Shown: positions 50,434 through 63,643, numbered from the stretch's first letter. The stretch is 64,000 bases of DNA from Macrostomum lignano (GCA_002269645.1 NIVC01002067.1:1-64000); one strand, 5' to 3'. Notes: generated by a model not told the origin, from the letters alone. Translations and numbers: made by a program.

Positions 50434-53025
50434 TCAGATGCCCTTGGATTAGAACAGTTAGAGAACTTAACCAACGTAAATTTTCTAGCAAATCTAGTAG
50501 CTATATAAAATGCCACTACGCTCGTAGTGTATATATATATCGTTGCTATAAGATACTAGAATGAAAAAACGCTTCGAATAGCCCTTTAACTGAACTTCCC
50601 CTGTGGTGCTGTACGAAGCGCTTGAATGCTACCACATAATGTACATTATTTCTTAGTCTTGGACAGTTCATGGACAACTGTACACAGAAGACAGCGCTCA
50701 TTAAAAGATAACTTCGGTTTTGCTGCTTGAAGCTGTTAACTCAGGTCAGCTCAGGTTTGCAAACTCCTCAGAAGAAATAAGCACCCTGTTTATGAGACTT
50801 TGTGCATGTTTTTCGGACAATTTTCTGCTTCTTTCTATTTTTAGTGTGTAATTTTTCTGTTTTTTAAAGCTAGGATCGATAAATAATAACAATAATACGA
50901 TTACTCGTACTGCTGAAAAAGTGAGACAAAATGTTCATGGAACTTCTGAACTGAGTCGATGTCTATAGCTTTGAATTGGCTCTGAAGTACGAGTAAGATG
51001 ATTTTTGACGCTCGCTAAAGACAGAAAAGAACGCCAAAAGTGCATGCAGCACTGAGACCTTAACAGTGTCCAATGTTGGGCACATTTTGGCAATGCTGCC
51101 TTTTTTCTCGTATTCGTACTTAAATTCGTGCAATAAACTAAACGAACGTGTAACGATAGCTAATTCGGAATTCCTTTTTAGTTGTTTTTTACTTACTGAT
51201 AGCTACAACTGATCCAAAAAAGAATTACCCCAAAGGCGTTCTGTGGATCACTCCACCGGGTGACTCTGGATCAGAGTGCATGTTGCAAATAAGCAAATAA
51301 CTTTGCAGATATCCTGAAGGGTATTTATTTGCTTCAGTCGTCAAATTGAGTATAGCTCCGTAGTTGGGCAACATCAGGGCAGCAGGGCCTCCTTCCATAC
51401 ATCCAGCCTCAGCCTGCATAAAAAGTCTTGAAGACTCCACAGGACAAGGAATCAGAGCTGGCTGAAGCCAATAATTACGCTCGTAGGAACACGTACTGGA
51501 TTGCCGCAGCAATTCGAGGAAGGACGACGGTTTTCAAACAAAGTGTCCCTTATGAAATTATGAAGATTCCAACGACTTTTGTGCGCTGCAATATGCGTGT
51601 GTCTTTGAGCTTTTGAGCTCTACCTCCGATCTAGGCGATGGTAGGTAGACATTAATTTAGACGTAATTGTAGAAGTAAATATACACGTAAGTTTATACAA
51701 ATGTAGACGCATGTAAATAATCCTCTCGTGAAATGAAATAATTTAGTCTAGTTCGCTTAATCTGTTTCCCCTAGTAAAATTCGTTGTTTTGGAATATGCA
51801 GAAAATTGGCAAAATTAGTGGTATTATCGGACTATCTTTGTCAGTGTCCTGGTTAAGTATCTTAGTGTAAGCATAAGGAAACGACGTTATATTACAATAT
51901 TACATTTTATTATTAAAACCAATGTGTTGAATATCATTAGCATAGTATTGACGCACTGTATTATTGCAAGTGCACACTGAATAGCTCTCAACCAGCTGTC
52001 TCTGATAAGGTACTTAAGAGAAAAAAGCTTGTCATTTCTAAATTTAGTTTTTCCTGTTCTCACAGTCGACACAGAAGGAACTATAGCCTTTTATGTCCCC
52101 AGTTTTTAATATTGCTGTGTACATTAAATAACTTTGCTATTTTGCTATTTTAATAATTGCTGTCAAAAAAGCATCAACTACAACAAATTTATAGGCATGC
52201 CTATAAACAGCAGCAACTGAAAGTCGTAAGTAGCTAAATAGTTTTAATACTCCTAATGTATGTTTTAGTAGGCACTCGTAGGCACTACATCTGTGGAAGA
52301 TCACAAAAATATTTTTTTTAAATAAACCAAAATTCCTGCACATTCCAGGTTATGGCACCAGTTTACTGATTTTAATTCTGTCGACTCTATAAATATAAAA
52401 CATACTTCAGATACTAGATGCATGTCCCCCCCCCCCTATTATACTCGTATGACAATCATAAAAATTTTCGCGCAAACGAGCCTCATTGACAGAGAATTGA
52501 GCACCTATACTCTTATAGTTAATCCCATTTTTGTGGCACCCGGTTAGAGTGTCAATATCTCGGGCCTCCAGAGCTAATATCGTAGACTTGGTTTAATGTA
52601 CTGATGTAACCACGCTCTGGTCGCGGGATAGGGCAGGGGAACTTTTTCAAAAGTACCTCCCATCACCGTGCACCTCCTGAGTAGAGCCGTCGAGACTGGG
52701 CCAGGTCTCTGACCAGGCCTGCAGACTCCTGCTCTGCTGCATCCCCCGCTGCCTCGGTTCCGTCTCCCCTGCCGCCACACTTGCCTTTCCGGAGCACCCT
52801 GTCCCTCTCTGTACCTCCCCCTCTACCCTGTCTCCTCTGCGCTCTACCCTACTTATTATGTACTTTTTCCCATTCCCATCTTTTTGTCTCTTTTTACACT
52901 GTTTTCCTGCGCTGTCCCCCCTTCCTCGGTGTCTACTTACAGTACTTTGTGCGCTCACCGCCACCTCATCCCTTCTCAAACTCCCAAACGGTGACGCAAG
53001 CCTTGTGACCCCTCTTTCCCCTCGA

Positions 53026-53465
53026 TGACTCATTAATGACTCATCACCCTCTCTTGCGCAACCTTTTCTCATGCTATTGTTCTCCTCCCAAATTTCTCAT
53101 GCGACACCCACCCCACCTCCACTTCTATTGTTCTCGTTTTCGCACCTAATTAGCACTTTTTCTTCAATGTTTGCTTTTCTATTGTTCTCGATTCTCCCCA
53201 ATTATCCCCGATTTCCGATTCCTTTGTTCTCGACCCCAGCCCCATTGTTCTCAATGTTTGCTTGCGCAAAACTTTTGCGATTTCCCGCTGCGCCAATTAT
53301 CCCCCCACCCCACCTCCGGATTGCGCAATTCTCCCATTTCTCATGTTGCTATGCCGTTCTCATGCTTCTCATCATGACTCATTCTGACGTCATTCCGCCG
53401 GCAGCCAATCAGAGAGAGGGAGTCATGGAAACGACCTTGGAGCGGCGGCTGGGAAGGCTATATAA
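53026..53465 (+). promoter_or_regulatory. Pol II promoter-like cluster (AP-1 x3, CRE, CCAAT, TATA)
   Basis: TGACTCA at 53026, 53037 and 53375; TGACGTCA at 53385; CCAAT at 53405; TATATAA at 53459; consensus donor CCG|GTAAGT at 53786/53787. Motif-only evidence. Confidence 0.45.
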
Positions 53466-56400
53466 GGAAGCGGTTTTCGGCATGAGAATCCTAAGTTGCT
53501 TCTTCTCAAACGTCCTACTGTGGACTTGCTGTCAGACGTTGCTCTGACCTATTCGTCTATAGGACGAACCTCTGCCGGTCTGCGGTCTGTTACCGCCAAT
53601 TAAACTCAGCTCCCCAAGTGAGCTTATCTTCCGGTCCGCGGTCTGATACCGCCCAGCATCATCAGCATCGCCTGATCTACCTCAGCGCCTCGTCGCTTCA
53701 GCGCATCGCCGCTTCACTGTCTGCCTGACTGCAGCCTACAGCCGCCCTCGGTCACTCCGTCTCTCTCTCTCTCTGTGCAGCTGCCGGTAAGTTCCTATTG
53801 CTAATTTGTGCTCTAATCGCCTAGTTGCTTATCCGGGGTTTGCCTATTTTCCATTGCTTGATTAGAGAGCTGAGCCAATTGTGATACCTTATCTTTTGCT
53901 GTACTTTATTCAATAGTGAAGCCGCCTAATTGCCTGATTATCTGCCTAAGGGCCTAATTATTAACTATTAACTAACCTCATCATTATTCACTCTTTCACC
54001 ATCATTTCACTTATGGCTTGCTAAGCCTTTCTCCCGGGGTGGCAAAGCATAAGGAAGTTTGGGTAAGCTAATGGCCTCTCCCCGTGCAAAGCCCGCCTGT
54101 GAGTGCGTGCTGCGGGGCCGTGTGTGCGTGCAGTAGAGGGATTAGCGAGTCTTGGCAGTAGGAAGGTTGCAACCCCATGCTGACGCGTCCCTTCGCCCTG
54201 AGAAATCTAAACTAGAGACAGTACATGTTCGCCTCACACTACTCTTAGTAATTAAAGCCGCAAGTCAGCCTCGCTCACAGCCACAAAGGATCCCCTGCTG
54301 AGAAATCCAGATTGAGCCCAGAGTTCCCGATCATGCCCCAAGCAGAGTCCCTGTACTCGGCTGCATGTGTCTCCCCTGTTAGCCTAAATCTCCTGGTAAC
54401 CAATCCAGGCGGGGCTCTAGCCTCGAGAGGTCTGGTATTAAGATGTAGGTGCGCCAGGTCATATAGAGTGGTGGCAGCCACTCGGTCATACTATGACCGA
54501 GTGATCAACTATTGCACCTTGGCTACAGGTGGTGTCCATGTGGGTCCTTGGCCCTCTGGTCACGAAAGCGCTACCAAAGCTATCAATCATGTGGGCGGGA
54601 CAGTCTGGTGCTGGAGGTCCGTCAGGTCATTGCCCGGTCATAGGCAGCCTACGGTCATTGCCCCTCTGGTCACGCGTTCGTCTCTCAACGGAGCGGACAG
54701 ACGACAAGGGCGATTACATCAGTACGTATAAAGAGATGTAAGTAACTGCCGCTGCCAATTTAAAAGAATACATGGTTCTTACAGACTAAACAACGTCAAT
54801 ATACCGAAGCAGCAATGGTCACGCGCACCGACAGCTGCTATAGCTCCTTGACTGCAAAACGATCGATCCGACATCTGCATGGTCTGCAAAGTCCTGATTC
54901 GGAAGCCTGACCAGAGTTAGGTGAAATATTTTTCTGCGCTATTCAAATGTCTATGGTAGAAGACAGTATATTGCTCCAGCTCAGTCCAATGCGCGTTCGT
55001 GACTCATTGTCTCATTGCGAGCGGAGAAGCTATACTTGGCCCATAGGCTGTACTTTTGGCTTAGATTAAGTGAGCCTTAATTATTGCTGCTGTATAATTG
55101 TACATAACGTAATGGTTCCCTGTTTTAGCTAGCTAGCAGCAAAGTGTGATGCAGTCTTCTACCTGCATATAAGGAACATTTCCAGGCTGATAGCTATATA
55201 AGATTAAGTTTTTAGCGACCTACAACACGCCTAGCTAAGAGTCTTTTTACACGGCACTACAATGTGAGTTGGCTACGTCAGTTAATCCGTGCCTATAATT
55301 CATTTCTGTCTAATTACATTCTGGCCAGTTGAATAAGCAAAGCATACGCTCAGTCACTCTGGTGTGAATGTACTTGTACGCTCGTAAGTACAGCAACATG
55401 GCTAAAAATAGATCTTAATTCCGTGTAGAAACGCTCAAATACACTTAAAAATTCCGCAATTCTTACTGTATAGCTAAATGTTTATGGCTCTTCTTAACAC
55501 TTAAGTTTATATAATGTCTATTCTAAGCTACGAAAAGACCAAATCAAGTGCATTTTAGTTAGTTCAATTAGTAGCACTTATTCGTTTCTGTGCATTTCTC
55601 TCCTGTCAACGAATATATATTCTGGCCTATGCGGCAGCGATTTCCTGTTGAATTTCTGGTTGTACGTATGCATCTTCCGTCATTGCGCAACAGTGAGGTG
55701 ATATTGTGAAGCCTTCTGATAACTAATTTGCACATGACTTGGCTATTTTGGCAGATGGAAAACAGAATTTTATGCTGTTGAGATGGCTAGCTATGTTGAA
55801 TTTGATTTGGGCATTGTGCTACTTGACCGAAAAAACCTACATTTAAGCTTCCTCTGTAACCTACATCACCTCCGTTAGCAACAGTCTGCCACAAAAGAAG
55901 CAAGCGAAGACTACGTGCACCTACACGGCGGCTCTTCGCTTTCATGCTGCATATTTTCCCGCGGCCTCGCTAAGTCTGACATTTAAAAGAGCACATTGAC
56001 AAGCTGCTCTCTGCGGTCAAATGAGCTGTCGCAATGACACAGATCTTCTAGACCAACTTATAACTGGTTGCACAGATCACGAAGCTGCACCGGAACGTGG
56101 CTGTGAGTTTCTGTGGTGGGTTGGAATTGGTACCTAAAGTGCAATTTTGTGAGCGGCCATACATTAATATGGAGATCTTGCATGACACAAAGTTTGTACC
56201 TTAAGCGATTATATTGCTGACCAAGGCTCGGATTCGCTAATACTAACAAATTCCTTTGCCATAATAAATCAAAACCTATTTTAACACCGTAAATTTTGTA
56301 GTCATCCTAGTCCAAGTCGTAGTCGGCGCATCACACCCCAGTCAGCTGGTCTGCAACACTCGCTTGCAGACTTCAGTCTCTCCAGAGCTGGCAAAATCTG

Positions 56401-56481
56401 GTTTGTTTCGAAAAAGATTATCGAATTCTACATTAGCAACTTCTGCTGAAACTACTTACTGCTGTTGCTATTGTAGTGCAG

Positions 56482-57735
56482 ATTCCCAGACGGGGCAGTC
56501 AGTCGGTCATTCTGCAGCCTGTCTGATGCCAGTACTATCAGCATCGATGACAGCAGCCTTCAGTAACATGCGCCTGAAACGAACAAAAACTGCCCAGTTG
56601 TTGAGCAGCCGTGAGATCTCCCAAGTAACTGGGACTGCATGGCAATTCGGTTGTCCTAAAGAGCTGATAGCGTTGGTTTCAGTGAGAGCACTTGCAGCCG
56701 TAGGAGACGTTCAAAACGGTTTGAAGCTTCTACCAGGACACGTCCTTGAAGCCTGGCACTACTTGGAGGAGAGCGTCGAGCCTGATTTACTGAGAATCGC
56801 CGCGAAAGTTGCCCAACAGATCTTGTCGACAGATGCTGAGCCGTCAACACAGGAAAGAGAACGAGTTCGATCCGAGGTTCGAGCTCAGGTTTGCCCGCCG
56901 CTATCGACCGATGGCTCCAGGGCTGCAGCTGCCACAGTTAATGGTGGGTAAAAATCAGTACTCAAAAGCAAAAAAACGGTGAAATCTTAAATGCTGTTGG
57001 CTTATGACTTTATTATATTGTACATGTAACCTAAAGGTAGTAGTTAGAGCATCGGACCAACGACTGAAAGGTCGGACTGAAACAATATGTGTCCTTGAGC
57101 AAGACACTTAACTCTGCATTGCTTCAGTTCACCCAGCTGTAAAATGGGTGCCAGCATTAGCTGGGGTAATTGAGGCTGTGTGTGACGATCTCCAGTCCTT
57201 GGACTGAACAGCCGTACGCAGCCTTCAAATGCGCCGAGCAATAGCTGCGGCTGAGCTGTCGGTTGCACAATCGGCCCAATTAGGGCAGGTGTAATCAATT
57301 ATGATTATTATCATTAATACTCGTATTATTTAATATTATTACGTACGATTGAGTAGCATGCTTCTGCAAAAGTCAAAAATAATTATTTTATCTGCTCATT
57401 TTCAACAACACGTCATCCCTAATGCTGGAAATATTTCTCCAGAAGTGCAGCCAAGTTTGCCGAATCAGACCTACTTTTTTTCCTCGGTAACTCGATCAGG
57501 TCATTTCCCAGAGCCAAGTCCAATCAGCAGAACCGCAAGCAGTCAGTCTCAGCAGCAGCAACCACAACTACAAGTACTAGACGACCGATGCAAGAGCTGC
57601 CACAGACAGGTGCTGAGTCGAACCTTGTTGCCATGCGCCCACCTGGCACTGTGCCAGCAGTGCTCTGAGATCAATCAAAGCTGCCCAGTCTGCGGATCGG
57701 CAATATTGGCCACTATTGTGACTTACATCTGTTAA
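56482..57735 (+). CDS. C-terminal RING-HC (C3HC4, IAP/Mdm2-like) E3 ligase, 5'-incomplete model
   Basis: Last exon 57443-57735 encodes CKSC...LLPCAHLALCQQCSEINQSCPVC. Preceding exon about 56482-56943 (AAT G|gtgggt is phase 1 and matches ctccag|AA). A possible further exon ends near 56102 (gtgagt). Upstream structure is uncertain. Confidence 0.65.
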
Positions 57736-58311
57736 TTGCGCCAATGTGTAGCTACATGTACTTGAGTGGCCCTTTTTAAAGTGGCCACTTTTAAAATGGT
57801 GGTGTTGGGTTTCCGGAATCAACTCTCCCTCTCGTCTCCGACGCGACATTCGTTCTCTCGTTCCTATAGCCTCAATCGACATTGCCTCAGCTAACGCATT
57901 TCAGGGCCTCTAGCACTAAGGAATAAGACATATTCAAGTGAGTTTGCAAGACCACGCACTGAACTGAATTCTTGCAAAAATTCCAGTAAAAGCGAGTACA
58001 TGTAACTGTCCACCCGAGGGCCGAGGCAGCGTCTATTTTACATGTATACATAATACATGTACATGAATTTCCAAGATTCAACATCTAAATTAGCCATGAA
58101 AATTTTAATTTCGATTTCGAATTTCAGAAAAAAATCGAAATAATTCCCTATATTTTAAGCAAATATTTTGTGTATAAGACTATATATGACTACATATGTG
58201 TGTGGATCGAAAGAGAAGTAAAGAAGCACCTGAAGATGTAGTTGGAGTTGTATCTTATTGTACGCTCTGCAACCGCACCCCCATCATCCCGCACCCCACT
58301 CTACGTTTCTG

Positions 58312-58552
58312 TCGACTGCTCAGCGCCCATCACAGTGCAGAGACTGCTCAGCGCCCATCACAGTGCAGAGACTGCTCAGCGCCCATCACAGTGCAGAGAC
58401 TGCTCAGCGCCCATCACAGTGCAGAGACTGCTCAGCGCCCATCACAGTGCAGAGACTGCTCAGCGCCCATCACAGTGCAGAGACTGCTCAGCGCCCATCA
58501 CAGTGCAGAGACTGCTCAGCGCCCATCACAGTGCAGAGACTGCTCAGCGCCG
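58312..58552. repeat. 28-bp minisatellite
   Basis: ACTGCTCAGCGCCCATCACAGTGCAGAG, about 8.5 near-perfect copies. Confidence 0.95.
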
Positions 58553-59484
58553 ATTGCACTTCTACCACTAGCAAAATTTAAAATTTCGATTTTAATTTCG
58601 ATTTTGGAAAATTCTGTCAAAAAAGTCGATTTCGTCTTCAATTAAAAAATCAGTTTCGATGATCCATCTCTATCATCATGCTTATGTCCAGCACTCCACG
58701 CTACCCGGACCACTACTCGCTCCACTTAGGCGTCTCATCTCGTTTGTGTTTTAGCTTGCTTCTGTTGTGCAATCGTGCCCTTTCTCGCCCTCCTGCCCCC
58801 GCCCCAACCCTCCAGTCTGCCCCACCCCTCCAATCAATAATCAATGTGTACGCCAATCACGCCACCTTGCACCACCACCCCATACTGTACATTTGTTCTT
58901 AAGTTATATTCATGTACGCGTAGGACCAATGAAAAATATATAATGAAGTCGCTGTCTGGAGGGGCAGACTCCTCCCTTGCTCGCGTTTGGTCTGCCTCCG
59001 TTGGCTATTAACGACTCGTCGATCTACCATAAAAAGTGCACGGCGAACTGCATCGGCTACGTTGTGTAAGTTCGTATTCGCGAGTTACTGTCCTTTTTTC
59101 TGCTTCTCCCTAGGGCGCGGGACGGGAGCTCTGACTGGGGACCTGGGGGTCGCAGCTTCCCGACAGGTTAAAGCTGTAGGCGTCGCTCCGGAGGACGGGG
59201 CTCACAACACTTCTTTTTATCCGGCTTATTTTAATTTTGGTAAAAATACTTCTAAAATAGTCTAGATGCGTTAAAAAATTACTCATAAATAATAAATTTT
59301 AAATGAAGTTTCATTTATTTTTGTTGCAAGATCATTGATGATCATTGGTGTTTATCCATGTACATGTAGCTCGTGTTGCTTATTGAAGAACTGTTTTCTT
59401 TCGTCAACACAAAATTTCTGATCTTCTGGTAAAGTGGCTCGCTTGGCAAGTAAAATAAAGAGAAATCCGAAAATCAACATGTGG

Positions 59485-59530
59485 TTTTTTCGACGCGTTT
59501 CGCACACCAAAGTGCATCGTCAGGTATATT
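59485..59530 (-). ncRNA. minimal hammerhead-ribozyme-like motif of the Penelope-element type
   Basis: Minus strand C-CTGACGA-T-GCAC(TTTGGT)GTGC-GAAAC-GC-GTC; palindromic ACGCGT stem III; stem I weak. Confidence 0.45.
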
Positions 59531-60118
59531 GTTTATAACGAAAGGTGTGAGTAAGCGAATTTATGAATTATTTGTCAATGAAACGTATCTAGCTGGTGAG
59601 TAAGTATTTTGTATGTACAAAGTAGTTATGTACTATAACTACCAGTAGTTATGTACTGGTTTTTTATGTACAAGGCTTCTAAATCTTGATCTTGTGATCA
59701 GATGGGCATCGATCGATGATTTTAAAACGTTCTTCAGGTGTTACAAGTAAAACGTACTTCAGGTATATGAACTGATCTTCTGTCATATAAATTGAATTTC
59801 TTCTCAAGCCTAAATTTTTCCACAGAGAAGTTGCCAAACAAAGACTGAACAAAAGGGGGTTAAGCCTACTAACTCGTAGTGTGGTCTATCTAGAGCGATG
59901 CTCTATTTTAAAGTACAGACTACATAGGGCAAGATGAATAATTTGGCGAAAAGTGCAGTCCACGATTGACGTCAATATGTAGGAGTACGGAGTCCAACTT
60001 GACTCTCCAGTCCAGTCCTGGTGGTGAGCAAGCGATGCAACAAGCTTAAGACTTATATAGTGTGCGACTGCTTGTGTGGAAGGTCAAATGATCCGACCTC
60101 AAGTTTGATTGTGGGTGC

Positions 60119-60372
60119 CAGGGGTGTCGCCACCGGCGGGGGGGACATGTCCCCCTACAAGGACTATTTGTAGAAGCTACATGTCAATGCTTTGTCACCC
60201 CCACCCCTCCTTGTGCCCTGTTATGGAAATCAATAATTTTGCTTCAGGGTGACAAAACATAGCACCTGCGGCGCCAGAATGAGCGCTGACAACACGGATT
60301 CTGAAAATAATGTGAATTCTTGGCTTTGTCCCCCCCTCACCATCATAAAACCCATGGCGATCGACGCCCCTG
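60119..60372. mobile_element. hAT-like MITE
   Basis: TIRs CAGGGGTGTCG / CGACGCCCCTG; flanking 8-mers GTGGGTGC and GTACGTGC (6/8 match, degenerate TSD); subterminal GGGGACATGTCCCC palindrome. Confidence 0.6.
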
Positions 60373-60923
60373 GTACGTGCTGCCGTTTTTGCTGCTTAAA
60401 AAAGTACATAGCGAGTCATCGGCCACTAGCGACGAGTATATAGACTGGAAACGTACGGCGGATCTGCCATCAAAACGCGGCTGCCACCTTTTATGTCGAC
60501 GACAATTAAGGAAGCGAATATTATGCAATTAGGTCGCGATCTGTACCAGCTCTCTCTGCTTTCTGCAAAGTAGATGGAAAATAAATTAAATGAGTGCCAT
60601 GTATATGCATATGGCAGCACCAAGGACTATTCTATTTGTAGATAAAACGTTGGTTGTAATCTTCCAGTGTGGTCCTTCGATCTTTTGCAGTCAATTAACA
60701 TGCAAAATTGTGAGTGCCGCTTTTAGTGACACAGTGTGTACAATCCTTATATGCCAAAATGGTGTGATAAATGCTAATCATAATATAATACAATATATTG
60801 CCATTGGTAATCGACTGGATGTCATATTTTTGCTTACTAAAGAGTGCATGTATAGCTGGAAGACTTTCTGGCAGCCAACAAAATAATTATTTTTTAAATC
60901 AACACAGATACTCGTAATAGTTA

Positions 60924-61786
60924 CGAAGGGTGGGCAAAAAGCTTTTGGCAACTGGGCTCATAACTTTTTAAATAAACGTTTAAATGCAAACATTTTTTAC
61001 CTCATAATTATGAGGCTATTTTGCGTTTGTTCGTAAATTTTCAGCTCATTGCACGGACTTTTTTCGTTCCCTAGAGCATTTTTGATTAACGTACAGTCTC
61101 GTTTTCGGCCTTCCCTCCAAATGGAATACATCACTGCTGATCAGTGAAGATTTTATGTTTTCATGCGATCGCAGCTCGGAGAAAATTCTGCACCGGCCCA
61201 TGGGTTTCGCTCACATGGAAGCTCAGGTGTTCGTCGTCTTTTTTTCAGCATCAATGGGCCAGAGACAGTTGTAATGGTGCCAATTGGACAGAACGTCAAT
61301 GCCACGTTCTATACTGGCGAGGTTTTGCCTAAATTCGTGGCTTCAGTCATGGAAAAGCAGCCAACCCGCCTCCAAAGTGGCAGAATAATTTGCACCACGA
61401 CAATTAAACGCCTCCAGCCACACTGCGGCCATGAAAACGAGCTTTTTGGCCGATAACAAGCTAAAGGTGATACCGCACCCTCCATACAGTCCTAACTTGG
61501 CGCCCTGTGACTTCTGGGCCTTCCCGAAGCTGACCGAACGCATGACTGGATGCCATTTTCAGCGGCCCCAAGACCTGGCTCGCCGCATCAATTCAGAGCT
61601 GAACAACGATGCCAGCTATAGTAGGAGTACCGCGCTGCCTTCGAGGCATGGATCCGTTGTCACCAGAAATGCATAGAACGTGGTGGAGATTACATTGAAG
61701 GACTTAAATACAGTTTAAAATATTTGGGACCAACAATTTATCTGCAATTGATGCCCAAAACAGTAAAACTTTTTGCGCAACCATTG
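60924..61786 (+). mobile_element. internally deleted mariner (Tc1/mariner) transposon
   Basis: TA flanks on both sides; imperfect TIRs (CGAAGGGTGGGCAAAAAGCTTT versus reverse complement CAATGGTTGCGCAAAAAGTTTT); transposase remnants VPIGQNVNATFY.GEVL and HPPYSPNLAPCDFWAFPKL in different frames. Confidence 0.88.
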
Positions 61787-61902
61787 TATATGTAATTAAA
61801 GACTTATTTTTTATAATAAAATTTTGCAGGTAACCATAAAATATTTACAGCGAGACGTCTCTTATTTTTTAATAATTTTGTTTATCACAGTACTTCCGAG
61901 AA

Positions 61903-62935
61903 ATGTGATACACGTGAGGCGGGGGTGGAGGAGATTTTCTTGGAAATTGGGCGGTTTTGAAAATTTGCTGACACCAGTGAGCTGGGGCGGATTCCTCGTT
62001 TGAATTTCCGCCGAATGTTGAGTTCGCACGAATAAAACCGGGAAAATCGCGCAGACGAATCTCAACAGGAAAATCTTTCTCCTTTTACTCCGGCTGCCGG
62101 GTTCTCAAGTCCGGGGGGAGGGTAGTCGTAATCGTAGCGGAGCGGTCGTGTAGCGGCGAGGTCGTTCAAATCGATGAAACACTGTAATTGAAGATTCCTG
62201 ACTCCGTAAAATAATGCGTCGAATAGCTGAGTTTGCTACTTTCAGTAGGGTAGTTGCTGCCACCACCGTAATTTACGTATTACGGAACGGATAAGTCCCA
62301 GAGCTATCTTTGAGATGAGGACTTGGTTATTTTACGCCCCACGGGCAAATGACTCAATAAATGCTATGGCTTATGTCAGCAGATAAATATAGATTAATGT
62401 ATGGTTAATGGTTAACGTTATTATTATTAACTGTAAGCAGGCGAAAGTAAATAATATTATTATTATCGACGAGGATGATGTTCGCAGGCGGTACCTGGGT
62501 GCTGAATGCGATCGGGATTTAATACAACTGGGCGCGCTGAATATTAAGTACGAACAGAAAGGAAAAATGCGGGCAGAGGAAGAGAAAAGGAGCGGGAGAG
62601 CGAGGGAGAGAGAGAGAGAGCAGAGAGAATTAGCAATTACACCAAAAGATAAGGGGTTTAAATAGACCGCAGAAATGGTTCTCACAATGGAGCAACGGCT
62701 GGGCTAGGTGATGGGCACGCACCATTCACAACATGGATTTTCGCAAAAGTTACCGTAATGAGCGCATTTTAACAAACCTCCAGTATGAGGGCATGCATGA
62801 ACACCGCGTGGATTAAACGGTGGACAAACCCGATGGACGAAGTCCAACTCGGGGAAAGGTTGGACTCGAACCACGCTAAGGAAAAAAACAGAAACGAAGC
62901 ATCACGCGGACAGTCAAAAATTAGTCACCGTCACA
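61903..62935 (-). mobile_element. putative 3' LTR of the Gypsy element
   Basis: Minus strand TGTGA...TCACA termini; TATTTAAA near 62660, a CT-rich tract, then ATTAAA near 62520. No clear polypurine tract, and the partner LTR is outside the window. Confidence 0.4.
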
Positions 62936-63009
62936 GGTCCCGTTCACTAAAATCAATAGTGGCATCCGCCTGCCACATGCGCGGGGCGGCCGGGGACATG
63001 TCGAACAAT

Positions 63010-63630
63010 TCAACGACCGCCGCCGTTGTAGCTGTAGCGGCCTCGGGCGGCGGAAATGCGGCCTCCGCGATTGGCTGAGCGAGTCACACGTTCGGCTCCG
63101 TTGGGCTGGGCTGGTGGGTCAGGCTGCTCATTGGCGGCTGCGAGGCCGGCGCTCGGGGGCCAGCCGTAAATCCGGACCTGGCCGTCTACTACGCTCAAGC
63201 GCTCAGGATACTTTTCAAAGGCCGTATCCCAATAAGCCTTCAGGCGGGGCAGCCAGCCATTCTGTAGCAGGCCTGCCTCCATGTAGGCGAGGGTGAGGAG
63301 CATGGCCATAGCGGGCCTGGCTCCGGCCGGCCCCTCACGTAGACTCTCCTCGGCGAGGGTGAGCTGCTGGTCCAGGACGGCCCTGGTGACTTCTGGTGGC
63401 GTCATTCCGCATAGAAAACGCCATTGTGCGTCGATTTGAATTCGGCCCTTACGAGCTGCCTGGCGCACGGCCTCTTCCATGGCTTGCTGGAGGCGGACGC
63501 GGGCAGGGGCTTCACCAGTGGCCGTGGCAGTAAGGGCGCGCATGGTGATAACCTCTTCCGGGTGCAACCATGGCGCCCGGGCGAGAGCAGCGCTCATTTC
63601 GGGGGCTTGACCGCGCGCAGGAGGCTCCAT
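63010..63630 (-). CDS. extra ORF (206 aa, unknown function) downstream of Gypsy pol
   Basis: Starts GCCATGG 13 nt after the pol stop; open for 206 codons; no domain recognised. Confidence 0.55.
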   Translation of the reverse strand: MEPPARGQAPEMSAALARAPWLHPEEVITMRALTATATGEAPARVRLQQAMEEAVRQAARKGRIQIDAQWRFLCGMTPPEVTRAVLDQQLTLAEESLREGPAGARPAMAMLLTLAYMEAGLLQNGWLPRLKAYWDTAFEKYPERLSVVDGQVRIYGWPPSAGLAAANEQPDPPAQPNGAERVTRSANRGGRISAARGRYSYNGGGR

Positions 63631-63643
63631 GGCGATGGTCTTT

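Noticed and set aside
51225-51616. Short ORFs of 62-95 aa on both strands
   Set aside because: No recognisable motif or splice structure.
57770-57800. Palindrome TTTAAAGTGGCCACTTTTAAA as a transposon end
   Set aside because: No partner terminus was found.
62408-62665. 85-aa charged ORF on the plus strand
   Set aside because: It is the antisense read of the CT-rich tract in the putative LTR.
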